A stretch of 34,503 nucleotides of DNA from assembly GCA_019313605.1 (NCBI GenBank), contig JAFDAW010000004.1, positions 1 through 34,503 of the forward strand. The letters are read 5' to 3'. The notes under the pieces were generated by a model that was given only the letters and a program-made list of their open reading frames with translations, did no database searches and was not told where the DNA came from. Shown here piece after piece: positions 18,804 to 26,190 of this stretch. The position numbers and the translations under genes were made by a program. Positions within the stretch are counted from its first letter, which is position 1. Each line of letters starts with the position of its first letter. This stretch comes from Deltaproteobacteria bacterium (GTDB taxonomy: Bacteria > Myxococcota_A > UBA9160 > SMWR01).

Positions 18804-19724
18804 ATGAGCGCCGATTCTCGGGTTCACATCGCACTCGGTGATGCTCGCAGCCGCTTCGGTTGGCTCGCGCGCGTGCAAGATTACGTCGCGCTCACCCGGC
18901 CGCGGGTCTTGACGCTGGTTCTCTTCACCGCGCCGCCCGCGATGGTGATGGGCCACGAAGGCTGGCCGAGCGCGGCTGTGATCCTCGGCGTCATCTTCGG
19001 GGCTGCACTGATCGGCGCGGGCTGCGGGGCCCTGAACGCGAGTTGGGAACGCGATCGGGATCGTCGAATGGCGCGAACCGAGAACCGGCCGCTGCCGGCC
19101 GGGCGCCTGACACTGAGCGAAGCGGTGATTTTCGGCTTCGCAATTTCAGCGCTCGGCGTCGCAGTGCTATTCGCGGCCGGCGGTTGGCTACCGGCCGCAA
19201 TCGGCGTCTTGACGCTCGTCCACTACCTGTTGATCTACACCATCTGGCTCAAGCCGCGCACGCCGCAAAACATCGTGATCGGTGGGGCAGCCGGCGCCGC
19301 AAGCCCGTTGATCGCAGATGCGGCAATCGATGGCCGGCTCGGCCTCTGGGGTTTCGTTCTCTTCCTGATCGTGTTCGTCTGGACGCCGCCGCACTTCTGG
19401 GCAATTGCCTTGTACCGCAAGCGGGAGTACGCGGCTGCGGGCTTCCCGATGCTGCCCAATGTGCTGGGCGACCGCGCAACCCGCAAACACATGCTCGCCT
19501 ATGCGATCGGCCTGATCCCGGTCGCGCTGATCCCGTGGATCGGCGGCGAACTCAGCTTCGTTTACGCATTGACGGCGGTGATTGCAGGGGGCGGCTTCAT
19601 CGCGAGCATTGCGCGCTCGATGCGCGTCGAATCCCCCAAACAGGATCGGCGCGTCTTCAAGGTTTCGATCTTCTTCCTCTTCGCGATCTTCGCAGAGATG
19701 CTCGTCGAGTTGACGCTGCGTTGA
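18804..19724 (+). CDS. ctaB: Protoheme IX farnesyltransferase (heme O synthase)
   Basis: 306 aa from the ATG at 18804 (GAGGAG RBS). UbiA-family motifs are present (NASWERDRDRRMARTENRPLPAG; WTPPHFWAIALYRKREY). The track start at 18738 overlaps the upstream gene. Confidence 0.9.
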   Translation: MSADSRVHIALGDARSRFGWLARVQDYVALTRPRVLTLVLFTAPPAMVMGHEGWPSAAVILGVIFGAALIGAGCGALNASWERDRDRRMARTENRPLPAGRLTLSEAVIFGFAISALGVAVLFAAGGWLPAAIGVLTLVHYLLIYTIWLKPRTPQNIVIGGAAGAASPLIADAAIDGRLGLWGFVLFLIVFVWTPPHFWAIALYRKREYAAAGFPMLPNVLGDRATRKHMLAYAIGLIPVALIPWIGGELSFVYALTAVIAGGGFIASIARSMRVESPKQDRRVFKVSIFFLFAIFAEMLVELTLR

Positions 19725-19767
19725 TTTTCAGCTCCGCCACACGAACCCGCCGAGTCCGAGTCCGGCC

Positions 19768-20157
19768 CTAATCCGAACTGGGCGGTGATCCGGACTTCGC
19801 GTCTTTGATCGGAGGATCGGTGGCGTGCTCCAGCAGTGAGCCGTCTGCCGCGTATCGATAGGTGTCTTCGCGGATGACATCGCCGCGTTTGTATTCGAGA
19901 CAGCGGACGACGCGTTCGATTTCGTCGTAGAGAACTTCGTAGTAGCGGTAGAGCTTGAAAACCTCTTCGTAGTTTCGCTCGACGCCGATGTCCCGTACGG
20001 GGCCGCTTTCGACTAATTCATCCGAGTAGTAGGAGACTCCGGCGCGGCTCGTTTCGGGGCGAGCCGATGCAGGGACGGCCAGCGCGCAAGGGGCCAATAC
20101 CAGGCCGGCGGCCAGGGCCGCTCTCAAACTCAAAAAGGCCGAATTCAGTCGATTCAT
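19768..20157 (-). CDS. Small secreted protein of unknown function
   Basis: 129 aa from the ATG at 20157 (GGAG 9 nt upstream). Signal peptide MNRLNSAFLSLRAALAAGLVLAPCALAVPASA. The mature part is Tyr/Glu/Arg-rich, and I recognise no family. Confidence 0.5.
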   Translation of the reverse strand: MNRLNSAFLSLRAALAAGLVLAPCALAVPASARPETSRAGVSYYSDELVESGPVRDIGVERNYEEVFKLYRYYEVLYDEIERVVRCLEYKRGDVIREDTYRYAADGSLLEHATDPPIKDAKSGSPPSSD

Positions 20158-20318
20158 TTTCGGATTCTCCACGCTGTATCAACATGGGATGATTCGCATA
20201 TACCGGCCACTGGTTCACAGCAATAATCGGCCCCGCGGGGCATCCAGATCATCTAACCACGTGAAACGCACGCTCAAGCGTTTAGAGCACGATTCCGCTT
20301 TAGATTAGCCCAAATTAT

Positions 20319-20350
20319 TCGATAAAAAGATCTAGAGATCTTTTTATCGA
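20319..20350. promoter_or_regulatory. Perfect 15-2-15 inverted repeat upstream of nirS (candidate Rrf2 operator)
   Basis: TCGATAAAAAGATCT-AG-AGATCTTTTTATCGA. It is AT-rich in a high-GC genome and lies 178 nt upstream of the nirS ATG. The core GATAAAAAGATC-N4-GATCTTTTTATC resembles 11683-11710. Confidence 0.6.
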
Positions 20351-20527
20351 GAAGCTAGCATCGAAAGATTGACGGAGCCCCATGCGTCCCCTCGACGGCC
20401 GCGGACGTGGCTCCATTCGAGCCCTCCGTGGGGGTTCGAGACTTAATGAAATGGCGTCGCTCATTGGGTTCGTCAGCCGCGAGAGTCGCGGCCAGCGACC
20501 CGGCAGTTCGGTCGAGGAGGAGAATTC

Positions 20528-22189
20528 ATGAGGCGTGTTCGCGCTTCGGTTCATCGATTGTCGCAACAGCCCGATTGGTACAAAGCGTTTCCGGGAATTC
20601 ACTGGCTCGTACTGATCAGCTTGACGTTCGTGCTGGCCGGCACCGCGCCCGCCGCAACGGCTCCCACTCTGAGCGAAAAAGAGATGGCGGACGCGGAGTT
20701 CATCTACTTCGACCGCTGCTCGGGATGTCACGGTGCGCTGCGCAAGGGAGCGACCGGGCCGAACATCGCTGACGAAGCCATGCTCAAGAAGCCGCTCAGC
20801 GAACTCGAGACGACCATCTTCGAAGGCACCGACGCGGGCATGCCGGGCTGGGGCCGAACCGGCGAACTCACCACCGAAGAGTCGGCGCTGATGGCCAGGT
20901 ATGTGCAGATTCCCGCTCCGACACCGCCCGAGATGGGGCTCAAGGCCATGAAGGCGACCCACAAGCTCTACGTGCCGGTGGCGGATCGCCCGAGTAAACC
21001 CCAACACAAGCGGGACATCGAAAACTACTTCGGAGTCATCCTGCGCGATGTTGGCCAGGGCGCGATCATCGACGGCGACACCAAGGAACTCGTCAGCATC
21101 CACGAAACTGGGCACGCCGTCCACATCTTTCGCGCTTCTGCGACCGGCCGCTACTTCTACACGATCGGGCGCGACGGCAAGGTCACGCTGATAGATCTCT
21201 ACGAGAAGAAGCCGAAGGTCGTCGCCGAATCCCGCGTGTGTCTGGACGCGCGTTCGATCGAAGTTTCGAAGTACAAAGGACCCAAGGGCGACTTCGTCGA
21301 CAAGTACGCGCTGGTGGGTTGTTACTGGCCGCCGCAGATGGTGGTGCTCGACGGGCAAACCCTGGAACCAATCAAGGTCATCTCGACCCGGTCTTCAACC
21401 TACGACACCAACGAGTATCACCCGGAGCCGCGCGTAGCGACGATCATCGCATCCCACCACGCACCCGAGTGGGTCGTCGCGATCAAGGAAACGGGCATGG
21501 TCTGGTTGGTGGATTACTCCGACCTGAACAACCTGAGCATGACCCAGATCGCAACCGAGCGATTCCTACACGACGGAGGTTTCGACGCGACGGGACGCTA
21601 TCTGCTGATCGCCGCCAACATGCGCGACCAGATGGTCGTCGTCGACACCAAGGAGCGGAAGTTCGTCACCAAGTTCGAGACGGGCACCAAGCCGCATCCC
21701 GGCCGCGGAGCCAACTGGGTCGATCCCGAGTACGGACCGGTCAGCGCGACCACCCACCTGGGTGAGGGCATGATCGTCGTATACGGATCGGATCCCGAGG
21801 GCCATCCGGAGCACGCCTGGAAGGTGGTGCGCGAAGAGGAGACCGGAGGACCCGGACTTTTCTTGAAGACCCATCCCAAGAGCGACTACATCTGGACCGA
21901 TGCCACGCTCTCCAAGGAAGAGGGCGCCAATCAGCAGATCTGCGTGTTCAAGAAGGCCGACTTCGCTGCGGGCGCTCATTGTTGGCAGGCCGCCGATCAC
22001 GGGAAGGTCGTGCACTTCGAATACAACAAGGCGGGCGACGAAGTCTGGGCCGCCGTCTGGGACAAAGAAGGTGAGCTGATCATCTACGACGACAAGACGC
22101 TGAAAGAGAAGGCACGAATCAAGGCGGATTGGTTGGTCACACCGACGGGCAAGTGGAACGTCTACAACACGGTTCACGACATCTACTAA
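20528..22189 (+). CDS. nirS: Cytochrome cd1 nitrite reductase
   Basis: 553 aa. Strong RBS (GAGGAGGAG), signal peptide, heme c site FDRCSGCHGALRKGATGPNI, then a d1-type eight-bladed propeller domain. Confidence 0.95.
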   Translation: MRRVRASVHRLSQQPDWYKAFPGIHWLVLISLTFVLAGTAPAATAPTLSEKEMADAEFIYFDRCSGCHGALRKGATGPNIADEAMLKKPLSELETTIFEGTDAGMPGWGRTGELTTEESALMARYVQIPAPTPPEMGLKAMKATHKLYVPVADRPSKPQHKRDIENYFGVILRDVGQGAIIDGDTKELVSIHETGHAVHIFRASATGRYFYTIGRDGKVTLIDLYEKKPKVVAESRVCLDARSIEVSKYKGPKGDFVDKYALVGCYWPPQMVVLDGQTLEPIKVISTRSSTYDTNEYHPEPRVATIIASHHAPEWVVAIKETGMVWLVDYSDLNNLSMTQIATERFLHDGGFDATGRYLLIAANMRDQMVVVDTKERKFVTKFETGTKPHPGRGANWVDPEYGPVSATTHLGEGMIVVYGSDPEGHPEHAWKVVREEETGGPGLFLKTHPKSDYIWTDATLSKEEGANQQICVFKKADFAAGAHCWQAADHGKVVHFEYNKAGDEVWAAVWDKEGELIIYDDKTLKEKARIKADWLVTPTGKWNVYNTVHDIY

Positions 22190-22206
22190 CCGAATTCGAA
22201 AGCAAG

Positions 22207-22237
22207 AACCCGCCCGGCTTCGCGCCGGGTGGGTTTT
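22207..22237 (+). terminator. Intrinsic terminator after nirS
   Basis: Stem AACCCGCCCGGC / GCCGGGTGGGTT (one G-U pair) with loop TTCGC, running into TTTT. It begins 18 nt after the nirS stop. Confidence 0.7.
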
Positions 22238-22274
22238 CGATCCGCTCCTCAATGGACGGAAAGTAGGAGGTTCC

Positions 22275-22922
22275 ATGGTTTCCAAAAGCGTTTCTGACCG
22301 CAGGCTGATCCGCCCGTTTCTCGGCCGCTCCGCGATGGGCTTTGCTCTTCTGGTACTCGCGTTTCTGATTCCGAATTGGGCTACCGCCAATGGACAGCAC
22401 GCTTTCGTTGGCTACCAGAAGTGCAGGACCTGCCATAAGAAGACAGAGATCGGCAATCAATACGGCGCCTGGCTCGAATCCAGACACGCGAAGGCCTACG
22501 AGACGCTCGGAACCGAGAAGGCGAAGAAGTGGGGCGCCGAAGCCGGCGTAGACAATCCCCAAACTGACGACCGCTGCATCAAGTGTCATTCGACGGCTCA
22601 CGGCGTTCCGGACGAAAGGGTCTCGAGGAAATTCGATCGGACGGCCGGCGTGCAATGCGAGTCGTGCCACGGCGCGGGTAAGGACTACAAGAAGAAGAAG
22701 ATCATGATGGACCGCGACAAGGCGCTCGAGAAAGGCCTGATCATACCGACCGCGGAACTCTGCACCGGATGCCACAACGACGAGAGTCCCGCATGGGATG
22801 AGAAGGCCTACACGCTGACCGATGGAAGCACGGCCGGATTCGACTTCGAGCAGGCAGTGAAAAAGATCGCTCACCCAGTTCCCGAAGGCTACGATCCAAG
22901 CGCTACTGGAGGGGCTGACTGA
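22275..22922 (+). CDS. Periplasmic tetraheme c-type cytochrome (c554-like family)
   Basis: 215 aa. AGGAGG RBS, signal peptide, four CxxCH motifs (CRTCH, CIKCH, CESCH, CTGCH). Confidence 0.8.
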   Translation: MVSKSVSDRRLIRPFLGRSAMGFALLVLAFLIPNWATANGQHAFVGYQKCRTCHKKTEIGNQYGAWLESRHAKAYETLGTEKAKKWGAEAGVDNPQTDDRCIKCHSTAHGVPDERVSRKFDRTAGVQCESCHGAGKDYKKKKIMMDRDKALEKGLIIPTAELCTGCHNDESPAWDEKAYTLTDGSTAGFDFEQAVKKIAHPVPEGYDPSATGGAD

Positions 22923-22924
22923 GA

Positions 22925-23545
22925 ATGGCGGGCGACGATCACGATTTAGACGGCGATCGTCACCCTCCCATTCAGCTCACGATCTGGGCGGTGATCGCTC
23001 TCGCGGTCGTCGTCATCGCGGGGCTCTTCACGGTTCGACTCGAGCACCAGCCCGAGACGACACGCGACTATCCGCCCCGGCCGCAGATCGCGGACGGCGA
23101 GGCGATCCTGCTGCCTGCTCCCGAGATCCTCGATGACTATCTGCCCTGCAACGACTGCCATGACGATGTGACACGAGAAGAGGGGCCGGTCCCGCGCGAA
23201 CTCGAATTCGAACACGAAGACACGAAGCTCGCGCATGGAAACCTCTGGTGCCGGCACTGCCACGACGCCGTGGACCCGAACAACCTCCGCCTGGCTGACG
23301 CGTCTTTGGTTCCTTTCGAAGACTCCTGGAAGCTCTGCACCCAATGTCACGGCAAGAAGCTTCCGGAGTGGCGCGCGGGGGTTCATGGCAAGGTGACCGG
23401 AAATTGGAGGGGCGATCGGGAGTACGTGACCTGCGTCTTCTGCCACGAGCCCCATACACCGCCGTTCGTGCCCATCGAAGGAGAGCCGAGGCCCAGGCGC
23501 CCCGAGGAAATCGTATTGCGGACAGAGCCCCTAGGAGAAGAGTGA
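22925..23545 (+). CDS. Membrane-anchored tetraheme c-type cytochrome (cytochrome c3/ActA/NrfB-like partner of the NrfCD-type module)
   Basis: 206 aa. N-terminal TM helix LTIWAVIALAVVVIAGLFTV. Four CxxCH motifs (CNDCH, CRHCH, CTQCH, CVFCH). It lies immediately upstream of the NrfC-like gene. Confidence 0.75.
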   Translation: MAGDDHDLDGDRHPPIQLTIWAVIALAVVVIAGLFTVRLEHQPETTRDYPPRPQIADGEAILLPAPEILDDYLPCNDCHDDVTREEGPVPRELEFEHEDTKLAHGNLWCRHCHDAVDPNNLRLADASLVPFEDSWKLCTQCHGKKLPEWRAGVHGKVTGNWRGDREYVTCVFCHEPHTPPFVPIEGEPRPRRPEEIVLRTEPLGEE

Positions 23546-23546
23546 A

Positions 23547-24415
23547 GTGGGAATTTTCAGACGGAACAAAGAAGCGCGAGCGCCGAAAGATGGCGCACCG
23601 AAGGAAAGCTCGCGCCGCGACTTCCTCAAGACAGCTGCGACCGTCGGAGCGGGAGCCGCGGTTGGCGCGCCCGCCATCGCGAGCGCGATGGATTTCGACT
23701 TCGAAACCTTCATGCAAAAGAACTTCCGCGAGCTCTCGGATGAGGAGCTGCAAGGGGTCATCGAGCGACTCGAGCGCAAGTACTCGGATAAGTACGGCAA
23801 GGACGTCAGCATGTCGGCCATCGGTCCGATGGACGGCGTGCTCTACGGCTACGGGTTGGACATCTCACGCTGCATCGGTTGCCGGAAATGCGTGTCCGCG
23901 TGCGTGGTTATTACGAGCACAAGGAGGTTCCCGCAGAGGGGAAGTTCTACGTCCCGATCGCCTGCCAGCAATGCGAGGATGCGCCGTGTACTACGGTCTG
24001 CCCGACTGGCGCGACCTGGCAAGAATCCGACGGGATCATCGTGATCGACTACGACTGGTGCATTGGGTGTCGCTACTGCATGGCGGCGTGCCCCTACGGC
24101 GCGCGCCACTTCAACTGGGGCGAGCCCAATCTTCCGGCTGAAGACGTCAACCCGAACATGCACATCCTTGGCAACAAGCCGCGCACGCGAGGCGTGGTCG
24201 AGAAATGCACGTTCTGTATCCAACGGGTGCGCGAGGGCCGCATGCCGGCTTGCCACGAAGCCTGCCCGGTCGGCGCGCGCAAGTTCGGAAACCTGCTCGA
24301 TCCGGATAGCGAAATCCGATACCTGCTGGACCACAAGCGGACCTTCGTATTGAAAGCAGAGCTCGAGACCCACCCGAAGTTCTTCTATTTCTGGGGAACG
24401 GAGGGGCGGAGTTGA
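23547..24415 (+). pseudogene. NrfC/PsrB/ActB-like Tat-exported 4x[4Fe-4S] protein with a frame disruption near 23904-23908
   Basis: The frame-0 ORF (23547-24044) gives the Tat signal SRRDFLKTAATVGAGAAV and cluster 1, [11 protein letters not shown]. The remaining clusters ([30 protein letters not shown]...CHEACP) are in the frame-2 ORF (23879-24415). Total length is 869 nt (3n+2), so one nucleotide appears to be missing. Confidence 0.8.
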
Positions 24416-24461
24416 GGCAGCAGCGAGAATCCGTTCGAACGGCGCGACTTCGAGGGGCATC

Positions 24462-25706
24462 GTGCTGATCCGCAACCTGAAGCTCTTCGCCCACTTCGTC
24501 AGAGGAAGCCTTCTCGCTGTCGCCAGCGGTAGCAGGGGTTACTACATCTGGCTGCTGGCATTGGGGATCCTGATCGCGCTCGGCGCGACCGCATATGGCA
24601 ATCAGCTCACCCACGGACTGATCACTTCACACATGCGCGACCAGGTTTCCTGGGGATTCTACATCGGAAATTTCGCGTTTCTGGTCGGGGTGGCGGCGGC
24701 AGCCGTCGTTCTGGTCGTTCCCGCCTACGTCTACAATTGGGGACCGATCCGCGACGTCGTCTTGATTGGCGAGTTGGCTTCAGTTGCGGCGATCGTCATG
24801 TGCATGCTCTTCGTCACGGTAGACCTCGGTCGGCCCGAGTTCGTCTGGCATCTGATGCCGATCGTCGGAACACCGAACTTCCCGCACTCGCTGCTGACCT
24901 GGGACATTCTCGTCCTGAATCTCTATTTCCTGCTCAACTGGTTCGTCGTCACCTACATCCTGTTCACGGCCTTCAAGGGCCGAAAATACAACCCGCGAAT
25001 CTTGTTGCCGATCATCTTCCTCTCGATTCCGTTCGCGATCGGAATCCACACCGTGACGGCGTTTCTCTTCACGGGCCTCAAGGGCCGCGCCTTCTGGCAC
25101 ACCGCTTTGCTGGCGCCTCGCTTCATCGCGGGTGCGTTCTGCTCGGGGCCCGCATTGATCTTCTTGATCTTCCGGGTGCTGCGAAAGTTCGGCCGAATGC
25201 AGATTTCGGACACGGCGCTCTTCAAGATCGGCGAATTGCTCGCCTACGCGATGGCGATCAATCTGTTCTTCGTCGGGACGGAAGTCTTCACCGAATTCTA
25301 CGCCCAGACTGCCCACACCGTTCACGCCCGCTACCAGTGGTTCGGACTCCACGGAATGTCGAGCATCGCCATCTACACCTGGGCCGCGCTCTGCTTCAAT
25401 GTGCTGGCCTTGATCATCTTCATGGTGCCGAAATTCAGGCTCAACATGAACATCCTCACTTTGGGTTGCGTATTCTCGTTTTCCGGGATCTACATCGAAA
25501 AGGGAATGGGACTACTGCTGCCGGGATTCACACCGGACTCACTGGGGGAAATCTACGAGTACACACCGAGCCTGAACGAGGTGACGGTCGGCATCGGCAT
25601 CTGGGCCGTCGGAGCGTTGCTCTTCACATGGATGGCGCGAGTCGCGATCGCCATCACGGCCGGTGACCTGCGCCACGCGACTGTGAGTCGGCAAATCGGG
25701 CCCTAG
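24462..25706 (+). CDS. NrfD/PsrC/ActC-family integral membrane quinone-interacting subunit
   Basis: 414 aa from a GTG start (GAGGGG upstream). About 10 TM helices with an N-terminal region typical of the NrfD family (YYIWLLALGILIALGATAYGNQLTHGL..SHMRDQVSWGFYIGNFAF). Confidence 0.85.
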   Translation: MLIRNLKLFAHFVRGSLLAVASGSRGYYIWLLALGILIALGATAYGNQLTHGLITSHMRDQVSWGFYIGNFAFLVGVAAAAVVLVVPAYVYNWGPIRDVVLIGELASVAAIVMCMLFVTVDLGRPEFVWHLMPIVGTPNFPHSLLTWDILVLNLYFLLNWFVVTYILFTAFKGRKYNPRILLPIIFLSIPFAIGIHTVTAFLFTGLKGRAFWHTALLAPRFIAGAFCSGPALIFLIFRVLRKFGRMQISDTALFKIGELLAYAMAINLFFVGTEVFTEFYAQTAHTVHARYQWFGLHGMSSIAIYTWAALCFNVLALIIFMVPKFRLNMNILTLGCVFSFSGIYIEKGMGLLLPGFTPDSLGEIYEYTPSLNEVTVGIGIWAVGALLFTWMARVAIAITAGDLRHATVSRQIGP

Positions 25707-25713
25707 CAGGATG

Positions 25714-26163
25714 CTAGGGGTCGCTCGGTTTCGCGAAGCGGCGAACGAAGGCGACCATGTGCCAGATCTTGTCATCCGTCCAGGCGTAATCGGACTCTGG
25801 ACCAAACGCGGGCATCGCGCAGCGCTCCCCGCCGCCCATCAAGATCTGGTAGAAGAGTTCTCCATCGGTTCGGCTCGCCATGTATTTGGCATCCGTCAAG
25901 TTTGCGGGCCTGACGAGTTCGCCGGACGCGGCCGCCTCGGCGCCGCTACCCGTCCCATCGATCCCGTGGCAACGGGAGCACTTTCCCTTGAATTGCCGCT
26001 GGTAGTAGCGGATCTCGCTCTCTTCTAGCGTCACCGGATTCTTCGCGGCCTTCACGTCGTCGGGTACGTCATCTCGAGCGGATACGGTGGTGCACGCGAT
26101 TCCGGCGAACCAGGTTGTCAGGGCGAACGCTGCGAAGCACTGAACGGCGCTGCTCTTCGACAT
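25714..26163 (-). CDS. Monoheme class I c-type cytochrome (NirC/c55x-like)
   Basis: 149 aa with a signal peptide, a single CSRCHG heme site and a distal Met region CAMPAFG. GGAGGA RBS. It lies 27 nt downstream of nirN on the same strand. Confidence 0.7.
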   Translation of the reverse strand: MSKSSAVQCFAAFALTTWFAGIACTTVSARDDVPDDVKAAKNPVTLEESEIRYYQRQFKGKCSRCHGIDGTGSGAEAAASGELVRPANLTDAKYMASRTDGELFYQILMGGGERCAMPAFGPESDYAWTDDKIWHMVAFVRRFAKPSDP

Positions 26164-26190
26164 AGCGAGTCCTCCGCAATTCTCAGGCGC

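Noticed and set aside
20173-20527. FNR/Dnr-type box (TTGAT-N4-ATCAA) upstream of nirS
   Set aside because: I scanned the intergenic region by eye on both strands and found no convincing match. Only the 15-2-15 palindrome stands out.
20315-21358. 347-aa antisense ORF overlapping the nirS 5' half and its upstream palindrome
   Set aside because: It is antisense to an unambiguous NirS and has no domain signatures.
23895-23915. Programmed ribosomal frameshifting at the NrfC-like break, and likewise at 29225-29240 in nirF
   Set aside because: Neither site has a slippery heptamer, a homopolymer run or an obvious downstream stimulatory structure. An indel (real or artefactual) is the simpler explanation.
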